Source: an uncultured Bdellovibrionales bacterium
Lineage (GTDB): Bacteria; Pseudomonadota; Alphaproteobacteria; Micavibrionales; SZUA-601
Assembly (NCBI GenBank): GCA_964496065.1
Contig: CAZBXD010000003.1
Span: 5,806 to 69,805, forward strand
DNA length: 64,000 nt
Direction: 5' to 3'
Part shown: piece by piece, positions 19,455 through 28,320 of the stretch
How the letters are laid out: each line of letters opens with the position of its first letter
Numbering within the stretch: position 1 is the stretch's first letter
Translations under genes and position numbers: made by a program
Notes under the pieces: generated by a model
What the model was told of the DNA's origin: nothing
Databases searched by the model: none
The model's input: only the letters and a program-made list of their open reading frames with translations

Positions 19455-20423
19455 TTAGCCAAAGGTTTTCATCGCATCAAGCACGGCCGGGGCGAGGATA
19501 ACAACAAACAGGGTTGGTAGGAAAAAGAGAATCATCGGCACGGTCAATTTTGGGGGGAGGGCGGCGGCCTTTCGCTCCGCCTCAGCTAGACGCATATCAC
19601 GCAATTCTTCCGCCATAACGCGCAGGGCTTGTGAGACAGAGGTGCCGTATTGTTCGGCTTGAATCATCGCATTGGCAAAAGACCGCGCCGAGCCAGAGCC
19701 AACGCGAGCAGCAAAACTCTTGAATGCCGCTTTACGATCCCCTAAGAGCGCCAGTTCTGCTGAGAGAAGGCCAAGCTCTTCCGCTAGAACTTCTGAGTGG
19801 TCGGCAATTGATTCGGCAATCCGGTTGACGGCGGCTTCTAAGCCAATCCCGCCTTGAACGCAAATGAGGATCATATCAAGCGCATCCGGGAAGCTGAGTT
19901 GGACTTCCTCTTGGCGTTTTTGGGCGGTGTTTTTGACCAAAATTCGTGGAAGAAAAAATCCAGAAAGCGCAGCTCCCATAATGATAATCAACTGGATGCC
20001 ATCGCTAAGCTCTGTATCGGCAGCAGCAATAAAAAGGCCACTCAGTAAACAAAAGAAAACAGGCAGAGCAAGCTGGCTTATCAGATAAATCAGAGGTGCG
20101 TTCGGACTACGATAACCAGCTTGCTGGACAATCATTCTGGCATGACGTCCAACGCCGAGTTTTTCAAGTTTAAATAAGGCTGTGATTGAATCACGCGCGG
20201 AGACGCTGCCGCCTTTTTTCTCTTCATCGGTTTCGATATAGGCATTAGCCTGTTCTCTTGCTTGATTAAAAAGATTACGCCGTTTTTCTTTGATAATTGT
20301 CTTATAACGTTCTTTCGATTCAACCCGTTTAATCATCGGCAAAGCAACTGCCAGGACAGAGGCAAAGCTTGCCACCATCGCGATCAAGACAATCATAAAA
20401 TCACTGCTGAGAAGTTTGATCAT
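19455..20423 (-). CDS. tadC: Flp pilus assembly inner-membrane platform protein TadC
   Basis: 322-aa polytopic ORF with a T2SS-F-type domain; last gene of the cpa/tad operon. Confidence 0.85.
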   Translation of the reverse strand: MIKLLSSDFMIVLIAMVASFASVLAVALPMIKRVESKERYKTIIKEKRRNLFNQAREQANAYIETDEEKKGGSVSARDSITALFKLEKLGVGRHARMIVQQAGYRSPNAPLIYLISQLALPVFFCLLSGLFIAAADTELSDGIQLIIIMGAALSGFFLPRILVKNTAQKRQEEVQLSFPDALDMILICVQGGIGLEAAVNRIAESIADHSEVLAEELGLLSAELALLGDRKAAFKSFAARVGSGSARSFANAMIQAEQYGTSVSQALRVMAEELRDMRLAEAERKAAALPPKLTVPMILFFLPTLFVVILAPAVLDAMKTFG

Positions 20424-20427
20424 CGGG

Positions 20428-21414
20428 CTATACCTTAAAATTGATCATTTGTCGCATAACAAGAACGCCAATACTCATCCAAATGGCACAGGCCCATAGA
20501 AGAATTTTTCCAATCGGCTCTTCAAAGAGAACGCCCGTATAATCGGGTTGAATAAAGTTCATTCCGCCGCCAACCAGAACAGGGAGAGACCCAATAATCA
20601 TTGCAGATGATTTGGCCTCTTGTGATAAGGCAACAACTTTTCGTTTCAAGCGGAAGCGTGATCGGATGACTTGTGAGAGATTTTCAAGAACCTCTGAGAG
20701 GCTTGACCCTGTCTCAGATTGGATTGCTACCGCTGTGGCAAACATCTGCATCTCTGTAATTGGCATGCGTAAAGCCGCTTGTGCGGCGGCTTCTGAGAGT
20801 GAAATTCCAACTTTTTGGTTCTCATATATTTGTGACATTTCATCACCGATAGGCCCCTGAAATTCACGCCCAGCCATAGCAATAGCCTCAGTTACAGGCA
20901 TCCCAGCCTTTAAAAGACGTGCCATTGCATCAAGCGCTTCGGCAAATTCTTCTAAAAAAGCGCGTTGACGGCGCACCGCACGCCATTTGAGATAAAGACG
21001 CGGGACTCCCAGCAAAGCGGTAACTGTGAATAAGACAACAACAATTTTGGCAATAGCAGTCAGGGTGAATAAAATAAAGCCAGTCATACCAGCAAAAACA
21101 CAAGAGTAAATCCAATATCGCGCCACAGAGGTTGAAAATCCAGCGCGTTTGATTAAAAGCGAAAGCGTGACTTTTTTAGAATCTGTTGTTTTGCTTTTAT
21201 ACTCGCTGGAGGCTTCCTTTAATTTTCGTGTCATTTCGGCCGATTTAGCAGCCTGTTCTTTTTTCTTGGATCCAGCGCTAGCTGACTGCCCCATAATTGT
21301 TGCATGAATATGATTTTTCTTTTTTTTTCGTTGGTTCAATGTTGAAATAACAAGAATGACACCGGCAAATATAACGCCTAAAATTATGATAATAAAAGGT
21401 AAGTTACCCATCAT
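20428..21414 (-). CDS. tadB: Flp pilus assembly inner-membrane platform protein TadB
   Basis: 328-aa polytopic ORF with a T2SS-F-type domain; follows cpaF with an 11-nt overlap. Confidence 0.85.
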   Translation of the reverse strand: MMGNLPFIIIILGVIFAGVILVISTLNQRKKKKNHIHATIMGQSASAGSKKKEQAAKSAEMTRKLKEASSEYKSKTTDSKKVTLSLLIKRAGFSTSVARYWIYSCVFAGMTGFILFTLTAIAKIVVVLFTVTALLGVPRLYLKWRAVRRQRAFLEEFAEALDAMARLLKAGMPVTEAIAMAGREFQGPIGDEMSQIYENQKVGISLSEAAAQAALRMPITEMQMFATAVAIQSETGSSLSEVLENLSQVIRSRFRLKRKVVALSQEAKSSAMIIGSLPVLVGGGMNFIQPDYTGVLFEEPIGKILLWACAIWMSIGVLVMRQMINFKV

Positions 21415-22900
21415 AGACTTCCCCCATTACTTCAAGCAATTTTTCACCGAGACCATATTGGCGAGCCTTGTCGTAAAAACTAGGGCGTAAACCACTAGAT
21501 TTCTGTGTGCCGATGATTTTACCGTTTTTATCTTCGCCTTCAAAATCAAAATAGAAAAGATCTTGCATGGTAACGACGTCACCTTCCATGCCGGTGATCT
21601 CTGAAATATGCGTGACTTTGCGCGAGCCATCACGCAGGCGTTGTACCTGCACAATCACATTGATTGCAGACGCAATTTGTTCACGTACTGCTTTAGAAGG
21701 GAGGTTTAATCCACCCATGGCAATCATATTTTCCATCCGCGAAATGGCCTCACGTGGGTTGTTAGCGTGGACAGTACCCATCGATCCATCGTGACCGGTA
21801 TTCATGGCTTGGAGGAGGTCAAACGCTTCTGGCCCACGGACCTCCCCAACGATAATACGGTCGGGGCGCATTCGCAGACAGTTTTTAACGAGGTCACGCA
21901 TCGTAACTTCCCCTTGGCCTTCTAGGTTAGGTGGGCGTGTTTCAAGGCGGACAACATGGGGTTGTTGCAGTTGTAATTCACAGGCATCTTCACAGGTAAT
22001 AACGCGCTCCCCATGGGAAATGTAATTGGTTAAACAATTTAACATTGTTGTTTTACCAGATCCGGTTCCACCAGAAATCAAGATATTAACGCGACACGCC
22101 CCAATTATTTTTAATAACTCAGCACAATTTGGAGTCATTGATCCAAAGCCAACGAGCTTTTGTAGGGTTAGTTTCTCTTTAGTAAATTTACGGATCGTCA
22201 TGGCTGATCCATCGACCGAAAGTGGTGGAATAATAACGTTCACGCGTGACCCATCAGGTAGGCGCGCATCACAAATTGGACTTGATTCATCAACGCGACG
22301 TCCAATCGCGCCCACAACACGCTGGCATATTGTTAAAAGATGTTTGTCATCTTTAAATTCAATATCAGCTTTTTCGATTTTGCCGTCGACCTCAATATAA
22401 ATAGTTTTTGGGCCATTGATCATAATATCGGCAATACCATCTCGGGCCAGGAGAGGTTCTAAGGGCCCATAACCAAGCATGTCATCAGCGGCCTCCTTGG
22501 CGACTTGCTGTAACTCAACCGGTTTAAGATTAAGATTACGAAAACGTCCAATTTCTTCAACAGCAGCTTGTACTTCTTCACGAGCGGCTTCGGGATCCAT
22601 TTTGGCCAGAGATTTCAGATCAATCCCATCGCGTAAATCCGTCCAAATGCGTTTTTTGGCTTTTTCGATACGATTTTGATTAATTGAATCGAGGCCAGAT
22701 GGTGTTAAAGAAAGCTCATCATCTCCTGATGATTCTTTAGAAAGGACATCTTCAACATTTTTTGTTGGTACTTTTTTTTCTTTTATGTCGCTGTTTAATT
22801 TACCTTCTGAAGAATTTTCTTCTTTAGAAGGGGTTTCGACTTCTTTTTCTTCCCTGTCCTTTTTTTGAGGAGGTTCATTACCGTCGCGCTTACCAAACAT
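21404..22900 (-). CDS. cpaF: Flp pilus assembly ATPase CpaF/TadA
   Basis: 498-aa ORF; Walker [39 protein letters not shown] (secretion ATPase family). Confidence 0.95.
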   Translation of the reverse strand: MFGKRDGNEPPQKKDREEKEVETPSKEENSSEGKLNSDIKEKKVPTKNVEDVLSKESSGDDELSLTPSGLDSINQNRIEKAKKRIWTDLRDGIDLKSLAKMDPEAAREEVQAAVEEIGRFRNLNLKPVELQQVAKEAADDMLGYGPLEPLLARDGIADIMINGPKTIYIEVDGKIEKADIEFKDDKHLLTICQRVVGAIGRRVDESSPICDARLPDGSRVNVIIPPLSVDGSAMTIRKFTKEKLTLQKLVGFGSMTPNCAELLKIIGACRVNILISGGTGSGKTTMLNCLTNYISHGERVITCEDACELQLQQPHVVRLETRPPNLEGQGEVTMRDLVKNCLRMRPDRIIVGEVRGPEAFDLLQAMNTGHDGSMGTVHANNPREAISRMENMIAMGGLNLPSKAVREQIASAINVIVQVQRLRDGSRKVTHISEITGMEGDVVTMQDLFYFDFEGEDKNGKIIGTQKSSGLRPSFYDKARQYGLGEKLLEVMGEVYDG

Positions 22901-22910
22901 TCAAGACTCC

Positions 22911-24128
22911 CTATTTCTGTTTAAACAGGGTTGATAGAAAAGAACCCCCTTTTTGCTGTGTTTTTTGTTTTGGGATATCTTTTCCAGTGACCTGACTAAC
23001 AAGTGGAAGAAGAGCGGCAATAATCTCGTGCGCGTCTTTGAATTCATAGACTGGTTTTTCTTCAGCCTCTGAAAGGGAAAAAGTTTTTGGATCGTGAGGA
23101 ATTACCGTAGCTGGGGTTAAACCCATTGTGTCTGTAATATCTTTTTTAGATACTTCAACCCCTGGAGCCATCCCGGCGTGATTGATAACAAGCTCAACCG
23201 GGACATTGCCATCGCGCATTTCTCCAACTTGCTCGAGAAGAATACGTGTATTGCGTAGACTAGGTAATAAGGGTGTTGTCACAACAATAATTGCATGGGA
23301 TCGCGCCATGGCCCGTGAACGAACAGGTAAGGGAGAAAGCGAAAGGTCAACGATAACGGTTGGATTTTTTTCCATCAAGCGATCAATAATAGCTTCAAAT
23401 CCATCACCATTAATGGTGGTTGAAAGAAGAGGGTCTCCCCCAACAGCTAAATAAGAAAGGTTAGGGGTTACTTGGTGTAAAAGATCAGCCATCGCATCTG
23501 TTTTTCTTTTAGCGGCAACTTCAGATGCTTCTCGTAAAGTGATTACAGGATCGACGTGATAGGTTAAAGGGGCGACACTCCATCCACCAGCACAATCCAT
23601 CAAAACTGCTTTTTCGCCTAATTTTTCTGTGAGAGCCCATCCAAATAATTGTGCAATTGTTGTCGTACCAACCCCACCTTTCGATCCGATAACAGAGATC
23701 ATTTTACTGTCTGAGATACCAATTTTTTCAGTCAATCCTTTGGTGATAGTTGCAACAAGATCCTCTCGGTCAATTGGGCGAACAAGGTAATCACTAACCC
23801 CCATTTCAATCAATTGGCGATACAGTGTTACATCATTAACTGGACCAATAAATATGGCTCCAGTACCCGCCATACAAACACTTGCTAGCCCATCGAGTTG
23901 GCTTGTGAAGCTATCATCAATACGGTCAGTTTCAATAATCACAAGGTCAGCGGAACGATTTTCTTGATAATGAGTAATAGCTTCTTGAATTCCACCCTCG
24001 ATTAGGGTGAAGTCAATACGTGCGAAGCGCCAATCATTTTCTAAAGACTGACAAACCTCTTTTGTGCTAGCGTCTTTAATAAAAAAATGAAGGGAAGCTT
24101 CTGGAAGAAGAGTTTTCGCTTCAGCCAT
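22911..24128 (-). CDS. cpaE: Flp pilus assembly protein CpaE/TadZ (receiver-like N-domain plus MinD/ParA-type ATPase)
   Basis: 405-aa ORF; deviant Walker A GSKGGVGTTTIA; position between cpaD and cpaF. Confidence 0.85.
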   Translation of the reverse strand: MAEAKTLLPEASLHFFIKDASTKEVCQSLENDWRFARIDFTLIEGGIQEAITHYQENRSADLVIIETDRIDDSFTSQLDGLASVCMAGTGAIFIGPVNDVTLYRQLIEMGVSDYLVRPIDREDLVATITKGLTEKIGISDSKMISVIGSKGGVGTTTIAQLFGWALTEKLGEKAVLMDCAGGWSVAPLTYHVDPVITLREASEVAAKRKTDAMADLLHQVTPNLSYLAVGGDPLLSTTINGDGFEAIIDRLMEKNPTVIVDLSLSPLPVRSRAMARSHAIIVVTTPLLPSLRNTRILLEQVGEMRDGNVPVELVINHAGMAPGVEVSKKDITDTMGLTPATVIPHDPKTFSLSEAEEKPVYEFKDAHEIIAALLPLVSQVTGKDIPKQKTQQKGGSFLSTLFKQK

Positions 24129-24796
24129 TAGTTCTCTACTGCCCCTGTTGTTACACTCTCACCGGTGCGATCGCCACTAAAGAGATTTTCACCAGCACGA
24201 TAGCGTTCGCCAGAAACGCCTTGGCGTTGTGATGTATCATCGGTTGCGGTATCACGGCCTTGCAGATCAGAAGGTCTTGCAACCATTTGCCCAATGAGGC
24301 GCTCATTTTCACAGCCCAGGCGATAGGAATCATTCATTTGAAATTCACGATCAACAAGCCCGTCCATACGTGCGTCACATCCCTCTGGTGGGAGAACATT
24401 TAAGGCAGCATAGGAGATAATCGCTCGATTTCCTAAATTATCATCCACAGGCGATGCATGAACTTTGACTTCGCCAGCGCCATTTTCAATCATTTGATCG
24501 CGGATCATATCTCCTTGTTTGCTAGCAAGTTTCAGGGATGCTTTTGGGCATTCGCCATTATTATATAAAACCATGACAGTTGCAGGGCTAGCACCACGGT
24601 TGCCATGGTCATTGCCTAAGCGACTGGTATCATCATAAGAGATTTCGCTCATAGGATATTTTTCAACGACGTGCCCCTGAGAAAGTTGTGACATGTTTGG
24701 GTTCATCATAGAATGCGTTCGTAGGCTTGGTGCGCTTATCGAACAGGCAGAAAGAAGGATAGTAGCACTCAGTAAAGCAAAATATTTAACTGTCAT
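24128..24796 (-). CDS. cpaD: Pilus assembly lipoprotein CpaD
   Basis: 222-aa ORF; lipobox LLSAC; position between cpaC and cpaE as in Caulobacter-type cpa loci. Confidence 0.7.
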   Translation of the reverse strand: MTVKYFALLSATILLSACSISAPSLRTHSMMNPNMSQLSQGHVVEKYPMSEISYDDTSRLGNDHGNRGASPATVMVLYNNGECPKASLKLASKQGDMIRDQMIENGAGEVKVHASPVDDNLGNRAIISYAALNVLPPEGCDARMDGLVDREFQMNDSYRLGCENERLIGQMVARPSDLQGRDTATDDTSQRQGVSGERYRAGENLFSGDRTGESVTTGAVEN

Positions 24797-24811
24797 TTCT
24801 AAGGCCTCTCT

Positions 24812-26176
24812 TTAATCCAAGATGTATCCTGCAGCCGGTCCGCTATTGATTTCTTTGGCTGATTTCTCGTTATTTTTCCGCGCAATATTTTTCGCAAATG
24901 AAGCTTGTAACGGTGGTGTTGTTTTGCCAACAAGATTGTCATTGACCGGTGTTGCGTGTTCTTTGGCAATTGGGTTAACCAAGAATGGTGTAATCATCAC
25001 GACAAGTTCTGATTCATTACGGCGGAATGATTGGGATGAAAACAGATCCCCCAAGACAGGGATTTGATTAATTCCTGGTAGAGAATTCATGGTATCAGCT
25101 GATTCAGATTGGATGAGACCAGCAATCATCAAACTGCCACCAGAGGGGAGCTCGACCGAGGTATTAGCACGGCGGATCGCAATGGATGGTACAGAGGTAT
25201 CAACCAGTTCAACCCGACCCTCATTTGAAAGCGTTGAAACTTCGGTTTCTAAGCTTAAACTAATTTTATCATTGGATAAAACAACGGGGGTGAAGCCAAG
25301 CGCCACGCCAAACTGACGAAATTCAATTGTGATAGAACCATTATTTTGGCCGACTGGGATTGGGAATTCGCCACCAGCAAGAAATTCTGCCCGCTGTCCA
25401 GAAATGGTCGTTAGGTTTGGTTCTGCGAGTGTATTTAATAACCCCTCTTCCTCCAGGAGGTCAATAAAGCCAGTGACCGTTGTTTCGGCAGTGTCAAAAA
25501 CTATACTACCCGTTGAAAACGGGGTTGAGGTCAGTTTTCCTAGCGCATCACTAGCTGTGCTGTAGGTAAAGTTGCCCTCACCAATCGAAATATCAGGCTC
25601 TATACCATATTCACGCAAAATATTTCGGTTTGCTTCAACAATTTTTACTTTCAATAGAACTTGTTGCTCTCCATCTGTGGTCATCATATCGACCAGTGTT
25701 TCATCTTCTTCCAAAAAACGACTGGCAATTTCACGAACTTGATGGGCAACAGAAGGGGTTGAAACCTTCCCGCTCAGAACAATATTGTTATTCACAGTAT
25801 CTGCTTTAACCGCTTCATCTGGGAAAAAGGCACTGATTGTGCGCGAGAGATTACTGTTATCTTGTGAAACATTAACATCTAATGTTGCTAGTGTGTTGTT
25901 ATTTTGGTCAAACAGAAGGATATTTGTATCGCCAACTTGTCGACCAACAACATAAAGTTTCTTTGAGCTGAGTGCGCCAACATCAACTACGGATGGGTCA
26001 GCAATCAGAATATCAGCGATCGGGGCACTAATATCAACCGTCTCAGCCTTACCAAGGGTGAGTTTCACAGGCACGTTTACACCACCAGCAAGATGAGATG
26101 CGGCCGCATGGCTGAGGTAAAAGGCCATTGCAAAAATGGCAATAAAACCAGTAAGGAATTTACGCTTGGTCATCAT
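24812..26176 (-). CDS. cpaC: Flp pilus secretin CpaC/RcpA
   Basis: 454-aa ORF; signal peptide; C-terminal secretin domain (VELPSGGSLMIAGLI, IPVLGDLFSS, ESELVVMITP). Confidence 0.9.
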   Translation of the reverse strand: MMTKRKFLTGFIAIFAMAFYLSHAAASHLAGGVNVPVKLTLGKAETVDISAPIADILIADPSVVDVGALSSKKLYVVGRQVGDTNILLFDQNNNTLATLDVNVSQDNSNLSRTISAFFPDEAVKADTVNNNIVLSGKVSTPSVAHQVREIASRFLEEDETLVDMMTTDGEQQVLLKVKIVEANRNILREYGIEPDISIGEGNFTYSTASDALGKLTSTPFSTGSIVFDTAETTVTGFIDLLEEEGLLNTLAEPNLTTISGQRAEFLAGGEFPIPVGQNNGSITIEFRQFGVALGFTPVVLSNDKISLSLETEVSTLSNEGRVELVDTSVPSIAIRRANTSVELPSGGSLMIAGLIQSESADTMNSLPGINQIPVLGDLFSSQSFRRNESELVVMITPFLVNPIAKEHATPVNDNLVGKTTPPLQASFAKNIARKNNEKSAKEINSGPAAGYILD

Positions 26177-27051
26177 TATTGATTCCCCTCTTTAGCTGGG
26201 CGCGCTGGAATATTAACAACATTTTGCCCGTTATAGAGGCGTACACCGTTTGCACCCCCTAAAGTTTCATCACGGATATCAAGTGCTCGTGCTAAAATCC
26301 GGCCAACCTGTGAGTCAGTGACAGGGTTGAATTTTCTCTCCTCAGGACCGTCTTTGTCCCCAAGTTGACGAAGAGAGAGGTAGATATCACCCATCTCTTG
26401 TGCAAGAGCGACTACCTCCGCCCCATATTTATCAACCTCAATTGTCACAGTTTTACTGACTTTGGCATCGCGATCTGTAGAGTCGGCATCTTGGTCAATC
26501 CCAAGAACACGGACATTACTCAATACTGTTTCAGAAGCATTTTTAACAATCAGCTGTTGTGTTTGCTGATCGGCATCAGAGCGCATTTTAATATTATAAA
26601 TAAGGATAACATCAACATGGTCACCAGGTTGGATAAAACCGCCAACCGATGTTTCAGGCTTAACTTTAATCGCGACAGCGCGCATGCCGTCGCCCAGCGC
26701 TGCGGCCATATAACTTCCGGTCAATTCGCCAACAAGGGCGTTCGGGGTAATGGGTTCATCCTTTGAAAGGGTTCGGCGAACTTTACTGCCCATGATTTCT
26801 TCTTCGTCAGTTTGTCCCTTGATGATGGCATCTTCAAACAGGGCACGCTCCGGCCATACTTGCCATCGAATATTTGTTCGCGTAATTTTTTGACCAATCG
26901 GAATTGCTTGCTCAGCAACGAGAATTTCAACAGTTGCTTCTTGGACAACGGTTGTTTCCCCACCAGAACCAAGACGTGCTTGAATCATCACAGCCACCAA
27001 GATGGCGGCGAATAAAGCACCGATTACGGCGAATAGGGTTGTTCTATTCAT
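26176..27051 (-). CDS. cpaB: Flp pilus assembly protein CpaB/RcpC
   Basis: Start set at the ATG at 27051 (MNRTTLFAVIGALFAAILVAV, single TM); the ORF track extends to 27093. SAF/RcpC-like body. Confidence 0.8.
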   Translation of the reverse strand: MNRTTLFAVIGALFAAILVAVMIQARLGSGGETTVVQEATVEILVAEQAIPIGQKITRTNIRWQVWPERALFEDAIIKGQTDEEEIMGSKVRRTLSKDEPITPNALVGELTGSYMAAALGDGMRAVAIKVKPETSVGGFIQPGDHVDVILIYNIKMRSDADQQTQQLIVKNASETVLSNVRVLGIDQDADSTDRDAKVSKTVTIEVDKYGAEVVALAQEMGDIYLSLRQLGDKDGPEERKFNPVTDSQVGRILARALDIRDETLGGANGVRLYNGQNVVNIPARPAKEGNQ

Positions 27052-27169
27052 TTTGCACTCACTAACAATGAATCTTTTTTGATGAAAAATCAAAAAAGTA
27101 TAGAATTGATCAATGTTATCTTGGCAATGATTGGTTAATAATTCCCTTAAGCCAAGGCCCTTTCATTGC

Positions 27170-27358
27170 TCAACTCATCCCTGCTGTCACAGTAGCGAGC
27201 GTATCAACAAATGCTTGAAATAAAGTATTTAAGTTATCGCCAAATAGAAACAAGGAGAGGGCAATTGCAACAGAAACCGCGGCTGCAATGAGCCCATATT
27301 CAATCGCGGTTGCACCCGATTAAGTCAGAAAGTAGTGTAGTCCTTTAAAATAGGCCAT
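27170..27358 (-). pseudogene. flp: Second Flp prepilin gene interrupted by one in-frame TAA in the leader peptide
   Basis: The minus-strand frame reads MAYFKGLHYFLT-TAA-SGATAIEYGLIAAAVSVAIALSLFLFGDNLNTLFQAFVDTLATVTAGMS-stop. The TAA at 27320-27322 replaces the Glu of the DESGATAIEY processing motif seen in the intact flp. Not in the ORF track because both halves are under 60 aa. Confidence 0.75.
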
Positions 27359-27824
27359 ATATGCCTCCTATGGCAATTGCTATGCCATAGGGGACAACGC
27401 TTTTGCCTTGTTTGAGTTGTCCAAGCCAACTTTCCTGAGAAACTTTTTCAGGAATAAGTTGGGTATTTTGTCTTAATACCAAGGCAATGGCAGCAAGAAT
27501 ACCACCGACAAGGGCCATCACAACAACAAAGGGAATCAGGTTTTTCATCCCTAACCAAAGAGCCAGAGCCCCTGCCATTTTAGAATCGCCTCCCCCCATT
27601 AATTTCAGGGCGAATAAGGCCATCGAAATACCAAAAATCAGAGCTCCTGCTATAATATGTCCCTGAAATGGTATCGCTGAAGGAGATAGAAGAGCAGCCA
27701 TAGGAAACAGGCCAATCATCGTGAGGACCAATTTATTTGGAATTATCAAATGTCGGGCATCGCTGACCGCACATAAAATCGCTAAGACAGCAATAACCCC
27801 TTTAAAGATTAGTATCAATTCCAT
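27345..27824 (-). CDS. cpaA: Prepilin peptidase CpaA/TadV (A24 family)
   Basis: Polytopic ORF of 159 aa from the ATG at 27824 (MELILIFKG...). The upstream ATG at 27863 sits inside the loop of the flp terminator hairpin, so it was rejected. Conserved GGGDSKM motif. Confidence 0.8.
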   Translation of the reverse strand: MELILIFKGVIAVLAILCAVSDARHLIIPNKLVLTMIGLFPMAALLSPSAIPFQGHIIAGALIFGISMALFALKLMGGGDSKMAGALALWLGMKNLIPFVVVMALVGGILAAIALVLRQNTQLIPEKVSQESWLGQLKQGKSVVPYGIAIAIGGIYGLF

Positions 27825-27843
27825 GTCATCCTCGGTTTTCGTG

Positions 27844-27874
27844 AAAAAGCCCACCCGTTTCATAATGGGTGGGC
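27844..27874 (-). terminator. Rho-independent terminator/attenuator immediately downstream of flp
   Basis: The minus strand reads GCCCACCC-attatgaaac-GGGTGGGC followed by TTTTT, about 40 nt after the flp stop codon. Confidence 0.65.
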
Positions 27875-27912
27875 TTCAAATTCGATACAGGTTACTAAAA
27901 CCTAACTGTCAA

Positions 27913-28122
27913 TTATGGTGTGCCTCCAGAACCAGCCGTCTCAGCAGCTGTCGCTAATTCATCACCGAGGTTTTGGAATAGTAATACGAGGTTATCACCA
28001 AAGGTAAACAGAACGGCTGCGATCGCAACAGAAACCGCCGCTGCAATCAAACCGTATTCAATCGCTGTCGCACCGCTTTCGTCCATAAAATAAGCTTGCG
28101 CTTTTGCAAATAATTTAAGCAT
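27913..28122 (-). CDS. flp: Flp/Fap-type pilin precursor
   Basis: 69 aa from the ATG at 28122, preceded by GGAGGAG. MLKLFAKAQAYFMDES-GATAIEYGLIAAAVSVAIAAVLF carries the Flp G/XXXXEY processing motif and hydrophobic core. Confidence 0.9.
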   Translation of the reverse strand: MLKLFAKAQAYFMDESGATAIEYGLIAAAVSVAIAAVLFTFGDNLVLLFQNLGDELATAAETAGSGGTP

Positions 28123-28194
28123 GTAACACTCCTCCATATGGTTTAGATCAGGGTCAGTAATATTCTTCAAATCTGAACCCTCACACGTTCCACC

Positions 28195-28227
28195 ATAATA
28201 TCGCCATACCTCTTAAAAACAAGTTAA
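28195..28227 (-). promoter_or_regulatory. Candidate CtrA-box promoter of flp (TTAA-N7-TTAA, N12, TATTAT)
   Basis: The minus strand reads ATTAACTTGTTTTTAAG-N11-TATTAT, about 90 nt upstream of the flp ATG. It is 14/16 identical to the box upstream of flagellin, with the same spacing to a -10-like hexamer. Confidence 0.45.
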
Positions 28228-28320
28228 TTTCCATAAAGTATGACTGGGTGAGGCGGTTTTTCGTTTCGATTTTTGTTAAAATTTTATATTACTTTCCAGC
28301 CAGTTAGCTCAATGATTGCA

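Noticed and set aside
27320-27322. TAA reassigned as a sense codon, as an explanation for the in-frame TAA in flp copy 2 and in the MCP gene (58108-58110)
   Set aside because: TAA terminates many conserved genes here at their expected lengths (for example kdsD, hsp20, flagellin and the MCP gene itself at 60028-60030). Nonsense mutation or sequence error is far more likely.
27825-27863. The cpaA start at ATG 27863 as given by the ORF track
   Set aside because: That ATG lies in the loop of the flp terminator hairpin. The ATG at 27824 gives a typical roughly 160-aa prepilin peptidase.
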